Below, piece by piece: positions 24,447 to 33,478 of a DNA stretch of 46,715 nt. The stretch spans positions 13,384 through 60,098 of the forward strand of contig JAUNCA010000001.1 of the NCBI GenBank assembly GCA_030526775.1, given 5' to 3'. Positions within the stretch are counted from its first letter, which is position 1. Each line of letters begins with the position of its first letter. The stretch comes from Coriobacteriia bacterium. GTDB lineage: Bacteria; Actinomycetota; Coriobacteriia; Coriobacteriales; Eggerthellaceae. The notes under the pieces are model-generated. The model was not told where the DNA came from and ran no database searches. It saw nothing but the letters and a program-made list of their open reading frames with translations. Both the position numbers and the translations under genes were made by a program.

Positions 24447-24689
24447 GTGGAGGAGCGAGAGCTCGATAAGACGCTGGAACAGCTGTTTCAGCAAGATCTT
24501 TCGGCGGGAACCGAAGAATTCCGTGACGAGCTGCTTGCCCGCTGCCTTGCAGTGCTGGATGCCGAGAATGGCGTCGGCGAAATCGATGACGGCCTTCTTG
24601 GCATGCTCACCGCGGCGGGCGATGTGTATAGCGCCCAAGCCGAGGCAGACAGTTCGGTGAAACTCCAAGGTCGGGGTCCGCGGGCATAA
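24447..24689 (+). CDS. 80-aa precursor-like peptide with a GG-type leader motif ending Ala-Ala
   Basis: GAGGGGAGGcagtgc precedes the GTG. ...GVGEIDDGLLGMLTAA|GDVYSAQAEADSSVKLQGRGPRA aligns position by position with LDDESLEQVAGG and LTDEQLDSITGG of the other two peptides. It has its own terminator. Confidence 0.5.
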   Translation: MEERELDKTLEQLFQQDLSAGTEEFRDELLARCLAVLDAENGVGEIDDGLLGMLTAAGDVYSAQAEADSSVKLQGRGPRA

Positions 24690-24741
24690 GGCCCGAAATC
24701 TAATAAATCCAGCAGGTTTCAGAACCTAACAAACCTTCTAA

Positions 24742-24768
24742 GACGGCCCCGCAAGGACCGTCATTTTG
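24742..24768 (+). terminator. intrinsic terminator or attenuator after the precursor-like ORF
   Basis: GACGGCC-ccgcaa-GGaCCGTC followed by ATTTTGTATAATTTT. A perfect TATAAT (24769-24774) overlaps the U-tract. Confidence 0.5.
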
Positions 24769-24871
24769 TATAATTTTCCTTTAACGAAGACCGCTTCGGT
24801 TAGGAAACGCTACGGGCGAAAAGAAGAAATACCGCGAAATCAGCATCTTCCAGCGTGGCAACGGCGAAGAG

Positions 24872-25360
24872 ATGCGCGAGCGCGAGTTCGAACGGCTCTA
24901 CCTGCAGAGCTATGGAACCGTGTATGGTTTCGTGCGCGCCCGCATGGCCTCCGATGCCGATGCGGAGGACGTTGTATCCGAGGCGTTTATAAAAGCGGCC
25001 CGTTCGTTTGCATCGTTCAATCCAAGCCGGGCAAAATTCGGTACCTGGGTTACCGCCATCGCAAAGAACTGCATGATCAGCCACTTCCGGCGCGACCGCC
25101 CAACCACCCCTATAGACGAGGTCTCCGAGAGGGCGTTTGCAGTATCGGGTGGGCAGGAGGCTGTCGACAATCGTGAGCTCGTGAAGCAGCTGCTTGCATG
25201 CCTAGATGACAACGAGCGCATGTTCGTCGCCATGAAATACCGCGACGGCATGAGAAACGTCGACATCGCGGCCGAACTGGGCATGAACCCTTCGACGGTT
25301 GCGACGGTGCTTGCAGGTGCCCGTACGAAGATGCGTGCCAAGTTGGAAGGCAGTAGGTAA
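24872..25360 (+). CDS. ECF-type sigma-70 family RNA polymerase sigma factor
   Basis: 162 aa. Region 2 (DAEDVVSEAFIKA...FGTWVTAIAKNCMISHFRR) and region 4 (NERMFVAMKYRDGMRNVDIAAELGMNPSTVATVLAGARTKMR). Confidence 0.85.
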   Translation: MREREFERLYLQSYGTVYGFVRARMASDADAEDVVSEAFIKAARSFASFNPSRAKFGTWVTAIAKNCMISHFRRDRPTTPIDEVSERAFAVSGGQEAVDNRELVKQLLACLDDNERMFVAMKYRDGMRNVDIAAELGMNPSTVATVLAGARTKMRAKLEGSR

Positions 25361-25361
25361 C

Positions 25362-25868
25362 ATGGCAGATACCACGAGCTCCATTTTCAACAAGAAGGCG
25401 ACCGAAAAACTGCGGAGCCCCGACGACCTCGATAAATACGTACGCGTGACGAACCCCAGCGTCTGGGTGGTGTTCGGGGCATGCGTGGCGTTGCTGGTGG
25501 GTCTTTTGGCTTGGGGCATTTTCGGGTCTGTTGCCACCAGCGTGTCGACCACGGGAGCCTGCGTCGACGACAAGGCCATATGCTTCCTTACCGCCGAGGA
25601 GTCCACGAAGGTGAAGGAAGGCGACGCTGCGAACGTCGACGGCGAGCGGATGACGGTTGTCCGCATAGAGCCGACGCCCGTCTCGGTTGACGAGGCCCAT
25701 GCCATTTTGGGTAGCGACTACTTAGTGAGCGCGCTCGTCAAGGAGAATTGGGGTTATCAGGTTACCTTCGAGGGTGACACCTCCGGCCTTGCAGCCGGCG
25801 TGCCCCTTGCCGTGAATATCACGACCGAGCGCATCGCGCCGATCAGCCTGATTCTGGGGAGCCGGTAA
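25362..25868 (+). CDS. short HlyD-like bacteriocin-secretion adaptor (NHLM/NHLP-system type)
   Basis: FNKKATEKLRSPDDLDKYVRVTNPSVWVV followed by one TM helix resembles the N-terminus of NHLM-type HlyD proteins. 168 aa. The start is 2 nt after the sigma stop. Confidence 0.55.
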   Translation: MADTTSSIFNKKATEKLRSPDDLDKYVRVTNPSVWVVFGACVALLVGLLAWGIFGSVATSVSTTGACVDDKAICFLTAEESTKVKEGDAANVDGERMTVVRIEPTPVSVDEAHAILGSDYLVSALVKENWGYQVTFEGDTSGLAAGVPLAVNITTERIAPISLILGSR

Positions 25869-25916
25869 TGAGGAACTTGGCCCTTTCCCCCAAACATATG
25901 AACGGGGAGTTGCGCC

Positions 25917-28076
25917 ATGCCTAGCAAAGTGGCGAAAGTCCCGCAGGTCATGCAGATGGAGGCGCTGGAATGCGGTGCCGCCTGCCTGACGATGATCCTG
26001 GCCTATTACGGTCGCTGGGTGCCGCTCGAGCAAGTGCGCGCCGATTGCGGCGTGTCGCGCGACGGCAGCAAGGCGTCGAATGTGCTGAAGGCGGCACGCA
26101 GCTATGGCCTGAAGGCGAAAGGCATGACGTTTTCGACCGAGGCGCTGCGCAAGAAGGGAACCTTCCCCTGCATCATATTCTGGAACTTCAACCATTTCGT
26201 CGTGCTCGACGGCTTCAAGGGCAACAACGCCTATATCAACGACCCCGCGTGCGGCCAGGTGAAAGTTCCCATCGAGGAATTCGACAAGAGCTTCACCGGC
26301 ATCGTGCTGGTGTTCGAGAAGACCGATGCCTTCGAAGAGGGCGGCCAGAAGCCCGATACCATGAGGTTCGCCCGCGCCCGCCTCGAGGGTTTGGGCGCCG
26401 CCATCGCATTCGTCATGCTTACGGCTGCTATCACCTCGGTCGTCGCGATACTGAACACCTCCCTCGGGCAGGTGTTCATGGACCGCATCCTCACCGGTAA
26501 TAATCCCGAATGGCTCGTGCCGCTTACCGTGGTGATGCTCGTGCTCGCGGGGATAACCGGCATTGTTTCCATCTTGAACGCCGTGTACCTCATGCGCATA
26601 CAGGGCAAGATCGCGGTGGTATCTTCCTCGCGGTTCATGCGGCATCTGCTGCATCTGCCCGTGGGGTTCTACGCCCAGCGCATGGTGGGCGACCTGCAGC
26701 AGCGGCAGTCCGCCAACGAGAACATCGCGTTTTCGCTCATCGGCCAACTCGCCCCGGTTCTCGTGAACATCGTGACGCTCGTGCTGTACCTGGCCATCAT
26801 GCTCAACTACAGCGTGCTGCTTACCGCCGTGGGCTTGCTCACCGTGGTGATGAATGCGTTCATCGCGCGCTACATCTCGAAAAAGCGCGTGAATATCGCG
26901 CGCGCGGGCGCCATGAACGCGGGCAAGCTGTACGCGACCACCGTCGGCGGCGTCCAGATGATCGAGACCATCAAGGCCGCCGGCGCCGAGAACGGGTATT
27001 TCGCCCGGTGGGCTGGATACCAGGCGGCGGTGAACGAATCGGTGGCCCGCTCGACGCGGCTGAACACCTATCTGGGTATGCTGCCGACGCTCCTCGTTCA
27101 GCTTGCGAACATCTTGGTGCTGGTGTTGGGCATCTGGCTCATCATCGAGGGCGCGTTCACGCCGGGCATGCTGCTTGCCTTCACCGGATTCCTCGCGTCG
27201 TTCATGGCGCCCATCCAGCAGATAATCAACTTGGGCCAGACGGTGCAAGAGATGCAGACGCAGATGGAGCGCGTGGAAGACGTGCTCCGCTACCCCGTGG
27301 ATGTCCCTGAAGAGCCCGAAGAGCCGGTTTCGGTGGACGAACTCGACCGTGAGAAGCTGCGTGGCGAAGTGGACCTCAAGGGAGTCTCCTTCGGCTACTC
27401 GCCGCTTGAGCCGCCGCTCATCCAAGATTTCGACTTGCATCTGGACCCCGGGCAGTGGGTCGCGCTTGTCGGCGGTTCGGGCTGCGGCAAGTCCACCATT
27501 GCCAAGCTCGTGAGCGGGCTGTGCGAGCCCTGGTCGGGCGAGGTGAGCTTCGACGGCACGCCGATAAAGGAAGTTCCCCGCGCGGTATTGCGCGGTTCGC
27601 TCGCCGTCGTGGACCAGGATATCGTGACCTTCGACGACACCGTGTCCGACAACGTGAAGCTGTGGGACCGCTCCATCGAAGACTACGAGGTTATCCTGGC
27701 CTGCCGCGATGCGGATATCCACGACGTCGTGGCAGCGCGTGAGGGCGGTTATTCCAGCCGCATCCTGCCCGGTGGCCGCAACTTCAGCGGCGGGCAGCTT
27801 CAGCGCCTGGAGATAGCGCGCGTTTTGGCGCAAGATCCTACGATCATCATCCTGGACGAGGCGACCAGCGCGCTCGATGCCCAGACGGAGGCCGAGGTGA
27901 TACGGCGCATCCGCGATCGCGGCATAACCTGCATCGTGGTGGCGCATCGACTCTCGACCATACGCGACTGCGACGAGATCGTGGTGCTCGACGACGGCAA
28001 GGTCGTGGAGCGCGGCACGCACGCGGAATTGCTGGCCAAAGACGGCGCATACGCGGAGTTGGTGCGCAATGACTAA
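25917..28076 (+). CDS. C39-peptidase-domain ABC exporter (bacteriocin/NHLP-type, peptidase/permease/ATPase)
   Basis: N-terminal QMEALECGAACLTMILAYYG (catalytic Cys), NHFVVLDG (His), INDPA. 6-TM domain. Walker A GGSGCGKST, signature FSGGQLQRLEIARVL. Confidence 0.9.
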   Translation: MPSKVAKVPQVMQMEALECGAACLTMILAYYGRWVPLEQVRADCGVSRDGSKASNVLKAARSYGLKAKGMTFSTEALRKKGTFPCIIFWNFNHFVVLDGFKGNNAYINDPACGQVKVPIEEFDKSFTGIVLVFEKTDAFEEGGQKPDTMRFARARLEGLGAAIAFVMLTAAITSVVAILNTSLGQVFMDRILTGNNPEWLVPLTVVMLVLAGITGIVSILNAVYLMRIQGKIAVVSSSRFMRHLLHLPVGFYAQRMVGDLQQRQSANENIAFSLIGQLAPVLVNIVTLVLYLAIMLNYSVLLTAVGLLTVVMNAFIARYISKKRVNIARAGAMNAGKLYATTVGGVQMIETIKAAGAENGYFARWAGYQAAVNESVARSTRLNTYLGMLPTLLVQLANILVLVLGIWLIIEGAFTPGMLLAFTGFLASFMAPIQQIINLGQTVQEMQTQMERVEDVLRYPVDVPEEPEEPVSVDELDREKLRGEVDLKGVSFGYSPLEPPLIQDFDLHLDPGQWVALVGGSGCGKSTIAKLVSGLCEPWSGEVSFDGTPIKEVPRAVLRGSLAVVDQDIVTFDDTVSDNVKLWDRSIEDYEVILACRDADIHDVVAAREGGYSSRILPGGRNFSGGQLQRLEIARVLAQDPTIIILDEATSALDAQTEAEVIRRIRDRGITCIVVAHRLSTIRDCDEIVVLDDGKVVERGTHAELLAKDGAYAELVRND

Positions 28077-28097
28077 GACGACGAGGCGGGTGCGCTC

Positions 28098-30287
28098 ATG
28101 AGGTGGATGGAGTCGCAAATCGAGACCCGCGCGAAGTTCGATGCAGAGGCAACCGAGCGGGCGTATGCCGAGCTTGCGAGCAGCGTAAGCGACCCCCGTC
28201 GTGCCCCGGCGTTCACGGTAGACGACATCGAGCAGGCGGATGGCGCTGCGAAGGCGTGCCTAAAGTACGTCGGCGTGGAGTCGGGGTCGGTCCCCGAAGG
28301 CATTACGGATATCGAAGACCGCCTTGACTGGCTGTGCCGTCCCACTGGCACGATGCGGCGCAACGTGCGCCTGGAGAAAGGCTGGCAGTCGCAGGCCTTC
28401 GGCGCGATGCTCGGGCACCTTACCACCGGCGAAGCGGTGGCCATCCTGCCGCGGAGCGTGCGGGGCTACTACTACCTGGAGCCCGGCAGCGGCCGCAAGG
28501 TGAATATAACGCCCGAGGTGGCAAAACGCATCGACGAGGATGCCGTGCTGTTCTACAAGCCGCTGCCTGCGAAATCCCTGAAAATCCGCGACCTCGTGGC
28601 CTTCATCTTCCGCGTGTTCGACCGGAGCGATTACCTGCTGGTGTTGGCGGCGGCCCTTGCCGTAGTGCTCATCGGCCTTGCGCCCGCATGGGCGAACGAG
28701 GTCGCCTTCGGCGTGGTGGCCCCCTCCGGGCAGGCGGCGCTCATTCTGCCGATCGCCGCATTGTTGCTTGGCGTTACGGTGGCTTCGGCGCTCATAAGCG
28801 CATGCCGCACCTTGGTGATGGCTCGCGTGTCCACGAAGCTCGATGTGGTTACCGAGGCCGCCACCTTTGCGCGCGTGCTGGCGCTGCCGACCTCGTTCTT
28901 CAAGCAGTATTCGGCGGGCGATTTGGGAAGCCGCGTCTCGAATGTGACGGCGCTTGCCCAGAAAATCGCATCGATTCTCTTGGGTTCGGGACTTTCCGCA
29001 CTCTTGTCGCTTGTCTACATCGTGCAGATTGGCGCATACGCGCCTTCGCTTGCGCTTCCGGCATTGGCTATCGTCATCGCGCAGGCGGCACTCACGTTGG
29101 TGGTTACGCTCATCACCATCCGCTACGAGCGGGTGTCCATGCAGGAGTTCTCGAAGCTTTCCGGTACGGTGACGGCGCTTTTGTCCGGCATCCAGAAAAT
29201 CAAGCTTGCCGGCGCCGAGGACCGCGCGTTCGCGAAATGGGCCCATGGGTACGCCGAGTATGCGCGCCCGACGTACAACCGGCCGGCGCTTATCCGCGCG
29301 CTGCCCGCCATCGTGGCGCTCGTCGGGCTCTTGGGCGCCATCGCCATCTACTTCCTCGCGGGCACGACGGGTGTTTCCGTGGCGAACTACATGGCGTTCA
29401 ACGCAGCGTATGGCCAGGTGACCGCCGCCATCATGGCAATCGCGGGCATCGCGGGCGAAATCGCGCAGATCGACCCCATGCTCGACATGGTCGCTCCCAT
29501 CCTGGAGGCGACCCCCGAGACCGCCGAGGAGAAACCGAGCGTGGAGTCGCTCAGCGGTGCTATCGAGGTATCGGGCTTGGCGTTCCGTTACAACGAGAAT
29601 AGCCCGTACGTGCTGCAGGACATCTCCTTCAAGGTGCGTCCCGGTGAATACGTGGCGCTCGTGGGCAAGAGCGGCTGCGGCAAGTCGACCATCATGCGCC
29701 TGCTCCTGGGCTTCGAGACCCCCGAGCGCGGTTCGATTTTCTACGACTCGCATGATGTCCAGAAGACGGACCTGCGCAGCCTGCGCCAGCATATCGGCGT
29801 GGTCATGCAGGATGGCGGCCTGTTCATGGGCGATATCGCGAGCAACATCACCATCTCCACCCCGCTGGCGACGCTCGACGAAGCGTGGGAGGCGGCCGAA
29901 ATCGCGGGCATCGCCGACGACATCCGCAAGATGCCGATGGGCATGCAGACCTTGGTGACCGAAGGCGGTGGCGGCGTTTCAGGCGGCCAGCGTCAGCGCC
30001 TGATGATCGCCCGCGCCGTATGCGGCAAACGCCGTATCCTCATGCTGGACGAGGCCACGAGCGCGCTCGACAACAAGACACAGAAGTACGTGAGCGATTC
30101 GCTCGACTCGCTGAAGTGCACGCGCATCGTCATCGCCCATCGCCTTTCGACCGTGCGCCATTGCGACCGCATCCTAGTGGTGGACCAGGGCGTCATCGCC
30201 GAAGAGGGCACGTACGAGGAGCTTATCGAAAAAGGCGGCATCTTCGCCGAGCTGGTGGAGCGCCAGCGCCTGGACAAGGAGGGGTAG
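28098..30287 (+). CDS. second ABC exporter subunit (permease/ATPase) with a non-peptidase N-terminal domain
   Basis: About 150-aa N-terminal domain without a catalytic Cys motif. TM domain. Walker A GKSGCGKST, signature VSGGQRQRLMIARAV. Resembles the ABC2 partner of NHLM systems. Confidence 0.85.
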   Translation: MRWMESQIETRAKFDAEATERAYAELASSVSDPRRAPAFTVDDIEQADGAAKACLKYVGVESGSVPEGITDIEDRLDWLCRPTGTMRRNVRLEKGWQSQAFGAMLGHLTTGEAVAILPRSVRGYYYLEPGSGRKVNITPEVAKRIDEDAVLFYKPLPAKSLKIRDLVAFIFRVFDRSDYLLVLAAALAVVLIGLAPAWANEVAFGVVAPSGQAALILPIAALLLGVTVASALISACRTLVMARVSTKLDVVTEAATFARVLALPTSFFKQYSAGDLGSRVSNVTALAQKIASILLGSGLSALLSLVYIVQIGAYAPSLALPALAIVIAQAALTLVVTLITIRYERVSMQEFSKLSGTVTALLSGIQKIKLAGAEDRAFAKWAHGYAEYARPTYNRPALIRALPAIVALVGLLGAIAIYFLAGTTGVSVANYMAFNAAYGQVTAAIMAIAGIAGEIAQIDPMLDMVAPILEATPETAEEKPSVESLSGAIEVSGLAFRYNENSPYVLQDISFKVRPGEYVALVGKSGCGKSTIMRLLLGFETPERGSIFYDSHDVQKTDLRSLRQHIGVVMQDGGLFMGDIASNITISTPLATLDEAWEAAEIAGIADDIRKMPMGMQTLVTEGGGGVSGGQRQRLMIARAVCGKRRILMLDEATSALDNKTQKYVSDSLDSLKCTRIVIAHRLSTVRHCDRILVVDQGVIAEEGTYEELIEKGGIFAELVERQRLDKEG

Positions 30288-30291
30288 CGTC

Positions 30292-30594
30292 ATGGAGGCC
30301 CGGACGAGCATCGAAGGGAACAAGGCGACCATCGAATTGGTGGGCAAGATCACGGCTAACGCGCTTCCCGATTTAGAGGCGGCGATAGACGGCATGCCCG
30401 TTGCGATACGCGACCTGGATATCGTTCTGGCCGATGTGGATTATGTCTCGTCGGCAGGGCTTCGCGCGTTCGTGCGCGCTAGCAAGGCCATCGCGGGCCG
30501 TGGGGAAGAGTTTCGCTTGGTGCATCCCAACGATACCGTGTGGGAAGTACTCGAGATAACGGGTTTTGGCGATGTCTTCGCCGTTGTGAGATAA
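30292..30594 (+). CDS. STAS-domain anti-sigma-factor antagonist (SpoIIAA/RsbV-like)
   Basis: 100 aa. DVDYVSSAGLRAFV with the conserved phosphorylatable Ser. AAGGAGGGG precedes the ATG. Confidence 0.85.
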   Translation: MEARTSIEGNKATIELVGKITANALPDLEAAIDGMPVAIRDLDIVLADVDYVSSAGLRAFVRASKAIAGRGEEFRLVHPNDTVWEVLEITGFGDVFAVVR

Positions 30595-30616
30595 AAGCGG
30601 GCAGGAGGAGTTGAAG

Positions 30617-33406
30617 ATGCCAAAGGCCGACGTGGCCAAGAAGGAGAAGCCGAAGATACTGCTGTGGCGCGGCATGCTCGATAGCAGGAACGAGCAGCAT
30701 CGCGTGGTCATCGCCATCACGCTTGCCGTGGCGAGCGCGGTGTTTTCGTTCACGCAGCTTGGCTTTGCAAACTTCGTGCTCCCAGACGGAACGTCCGTGT
30801 ACATTGTCACGTTGTTGCAGATCGTGGCTCTGGGGTCGCTGTTATTGGGAACGGTCGCCGGCACGGCAATCGGGCTATTCGCGGGCGGCGTGCTCTATCT
30901 CCACGCCTGCGTGCTTCCGCTCGACCACTACGAGTTGACGTTCGTCACCCCCGCGTCTTCCATCCTCTTTCTCGGGCTTTCGGGGTTCTTTCTTGGCATT
31001 TTGTTCGCCTTTGCCCTGCGCAAGAATCCATCGCAGGTGAAGCGCGTTGTCTACATCACCATCGTCTGCCTCCTGGTCTCTTCGTTCTACCACTTCAATT
31101 TCATCGCGAACGCGTTCTTCTTGCTTGTGGCGGAGTTTGCCGACGTAGCCGAGTCGTCTGGAGCGCGAGCATTCCTGCTCGAGGAAACGATATCGCGGAT
31201 TTTGCGTCTCGGAGACGTCAACCTGCAGATGTGGGCCACCACGTTTCTCATGGCGGTCCTCTGCGGCATCGGCGACTACATTGCACGCCGGGTGAATGCG
31301 CACGAAGGTGCGGTGGGCATGCGCGTCGTGTTCAATGCCTGGCTTGCGATTGTGGTGACGCTCTCCTTCATGGCCATGGCGGCTGTGACCTTTGCGGTTT
31401 CCACGCAGGATGCAATTCGAGACGCCGAAGACGAAATGCGCAGCGAGGTTTCCTACCTCACCAGGCAGATTGAAGCAGCCGACAACCGGATTAATCTGTA
31501 CTCGGATGTCCTCCAAGGCGGAAACTTCGATTTCGACGCTGCAGATGAGGGGCTCATGTACGACATGAGCGACGTCCTCGAGCCGCGCAACGTGCTGAAC
31601 GGGTATACGTATGAAGGCGATGGCATCGTTCTCGTAACGGTGAAAGGTGGGGTTTACGCGAGCGATTACGATCACATTCCGGTTGGCACCGAACTCGATA
31701 AAGCGTTTGTGAACACAACGCTTCAGGCCATAGAGAAAAGCATCGAGACGGGAACCATTCAGCGTTTTGTCTTAGACGACCCTGCGGTATTGATTGCTTC
31801 CACGGAAAGCGAGGATGTGGCGGGTGTCGAGGGCTCAGAACCGCCGCGCATCGCATACCTGTATGCTGAGGAGGCCCCGAATCTCTTTAAGGGGCAAGAT
31901 GGCGAGAGCATCGACCTCGACCAGAAGGTTATCTTGATTCGAACCTCCGAGCAGGTATTTGCGGAGCGTGGCGCGGTGATGGTGTGGACGACGCTTTCGG
32001 AACTCGTATTGATGCTTGCGGTGTTCGCGCTGGTGTTCCAGCTGCTGAACAGGTTGATCGCCCGGCCCATCGACAAGACGAACGAGGCCTTGGCGCGCAT
32101 AACGGCAGGCGACCTCGAGGCGCGTGTGGACGCGCATGAAACCAGCGAGTTCGAGTCGCTTTCCGCGGGCATCAACTCTACTGTCGACACCCTGCAAGGG
32201 TGGATTGCCGAGGCGGAAAGCCGCATGGATACGGAACTCGAAACCGCCAAAGCCATTCAGGAATCGGCGCTTCCCCAGGTGTTCCCGCCGTATCCGGACA
32301 TCTTCCGGTTCGACGTCTACGCCACTATGAAGGCTGCCAAGCAGGTTGGCGGCGACTTCTACGACTTCTTCCTCATCGGTGATTCCGGACCCGATGCGGG
32401 CAAGCTCGGGTTCGTGATGGCCGATGTGTCGGGCAAGGGCGTTCCCGCGGCGCTGTTCATGATGAAGGCCAAGACGCAGATTCGCGACTATCTGGAGAAC
32501 GGCGTGGCGCTGGGCGAGGCCATCGAGAATGCGAACCGGCTGCTGTGCGACGGCAACGAAGCCGGTATGTTCGTTACCGCGTGGGTGGGCGTGCTCGATT
32601 ACGCCACGGGCCACGTGGATTACGTGAATGCCGGACACAACCCGCCGCTGCTCTGGCAGTACGACGGCGGTTGGCGCTGGCTGAAGCAGCGGTCCGGTTT
32701 ACCGTTGGGCCTGTTCGATGGCCTGCCCTACAAGACCCATTCCGTCGACTGCAAGCCGGGCGACCAGTTCCTGTTGTACACGGACGGCGTGACCGAGGCT
32801 ATGGATACGGACGACGCGCTTTACGGTGAGGACCGCCTGGAGCGACTTGTCAACGAGCATTACCTCTTGCATCCGCGCCGGCTTGTGGAGACGGTTCGTC
32901 GAGATGTTTCCGCGCATGCGCATGGCGCCGAGCAATCGGACGATATCACAATTCTGGCATTGGAGGTTGGCGTGCCGCCCGAGATAACCGCGACCCTTGT
33001 CGTTCCAGCAGATGTGGACGAGCTGCCGCGTGTAAACGAGTTCATCCACAACGAGCTCGACCGGCGCCTGTGCCCGGTGCGCGCCCAGAACCAGCTGGAC
33101 ATTGCCGTCGAAGAGCTTTTCGTCAACGTGGCGCATTACGCGTATCCGGATATGCCGGCCGAGGAGCCGGGCGAGGTGCGCGTGAGCTACACCTACAGCG
33201 CCGACCCGCCGTCGATTTGCGTGGACATTGCCGACGATGGTATCCCGTATAATCCCCTCGAGAAGCCCGATGCGGTAACCCCGGACAACATCGCCGATGT
33301 GCCGATTGGCGGCCTGGGCATACTCATGGCAAAGCGCAGCGTGGACGAAATGAGCTACAAGCGCGTGGGTTCGAGCAATGTGGTAAACATCGTGAAGAAG
33401 TGGTAA
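30617..33406 (+). CDS. membrane sensor - HAMP - PP2C (SpoIIE/RsbU-type) phosphatase - RsbW-like HATPase fusion
   Basis: About 6 N-terminal TM helices, a roughly 190-aa predicted extracytoplasmic segment, one more TM, and HAMP (ITAGDLEARV). PP2C motifs: GGDFYDF, MADVSGKGVPAALFM, YTDGVTEA, DDITILALEV. C-terminal HATPase_c_2-like boxes: EELFVNVAHY, ADDGIPYNP, GGLGILMAKRSVD. ATG at 30617 follows GGAGGAG. Confidence 0.85.
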   Translation: MPKADVAKKEKPKILLWRGMLDSRNEQHRVVIAITLAVASAVFSFTQLGFANFVLPDGTSVYIVTLLQIVALGSLLLGTVAGTAIGLFAGGVLYLHACVLPLDHYELTFVTPASSILFLGLSGFFLGILFAFALRKNPSQVKRVVYITIVCLLVSSFYHFNFIANAFFLLVAEFADVAESSGARAFLLEETISRILRLGDVNLQMWATTFLMAVLCGIGDYIARRVNAHEGAVGMRVVFNAWLAIVVTLSFMAMAAVTFAVSTQDAIRDAEDEMRSEVSYLTRQIEAADNRINLYSDVLQGGNFDFDAADEGLMYDMSDVLEPRNVLNGYTYEGDGIVLVTVKGGVYASDYDHIPVGTELDKAFVNTTLQAIEKSIETGTIQRFVLDDPAVLIASTESEDVAGVEGSEPPRIAYLYAEEAPNLFKGQDGESIDLDQKVILIRTSEQVFAERGAVMVWTTLSELVLMLAVFALVFQLLNRLIARPIDKTNEALARITAGDLEARVDAHETSEFESLSAGINSTVDTLQGWIAEAESRMDTELETAKAIQESALPQVFPPYPDIFRFDVYATMKAAKQVGGDFYDFFLIGDSGPDAGKLGFVMADVSGKGVPAALFMMKAKTQIRDYLENGVALGEAIENANRLLCDGNEAGMFVTAWVGVLDYATGHVDYVNAGHNPPLLWQYDGGWRWLKQRSGLPLGLFDGLPYKTHSVDCKPGDQFLLYTDGVTEAMDTDDALYGEDRLERLVNEHYLLHPRRLVETVRRDVSAHAHGAEQSDDITILALEVGVPPEITATLVVPADVDELPRVNEFIHNELDRRLCPVRAQNQLDIAVEELFVNVAHYAYPDMPAEEPGEVRVSYTYSADPPSICVDIADDGIPYNPLEKPDAVTPDNIADVPIGGLGILMAKRSVDEMSYKRVGSSNVVNIVKKW

Positions 33407-33478
33407 AAATTTCCATACAGCAAAAGGGGAATGGATGGCTGCTGTGTGGGGAACGAAATGGCGAGAAAGGAAGACCCA

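Noticed and set aside
25362-25868. The single-pass membrane protein directly after the ECF-like sigma as its anti-sigma factor.
   Set aside because: The cytoplasmic N-terminus is only about 35 aa, too short for an anti-sigma domain. It also matches the N-terminal pattern of NHLM-type HlyD secretion adaptors. This is not fully excluded.
25722-28118. 798-aa ORF on the minus strand, opposite the C39-ABC exporter. Similar long antisense ORFs occur at 37060-39114 (684 aa), 35119-36960 (613 aa), 28260-29792 (510 aa), 33765-35156 (463 aa), 43298-44899 (533 aa), 1024-2211 (395 aa), 3642-4736, 9175-10119, 32699-33793 and 21860-22942.
   Set aside because: The translations are Arg/His/Gly/Ala-rich and low in complexity, with no motifs. 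Each lies antisense to, or out of frame with, a gene that has clear family motifs. Long stop-free antisense frames are expected in high-GC DNA.
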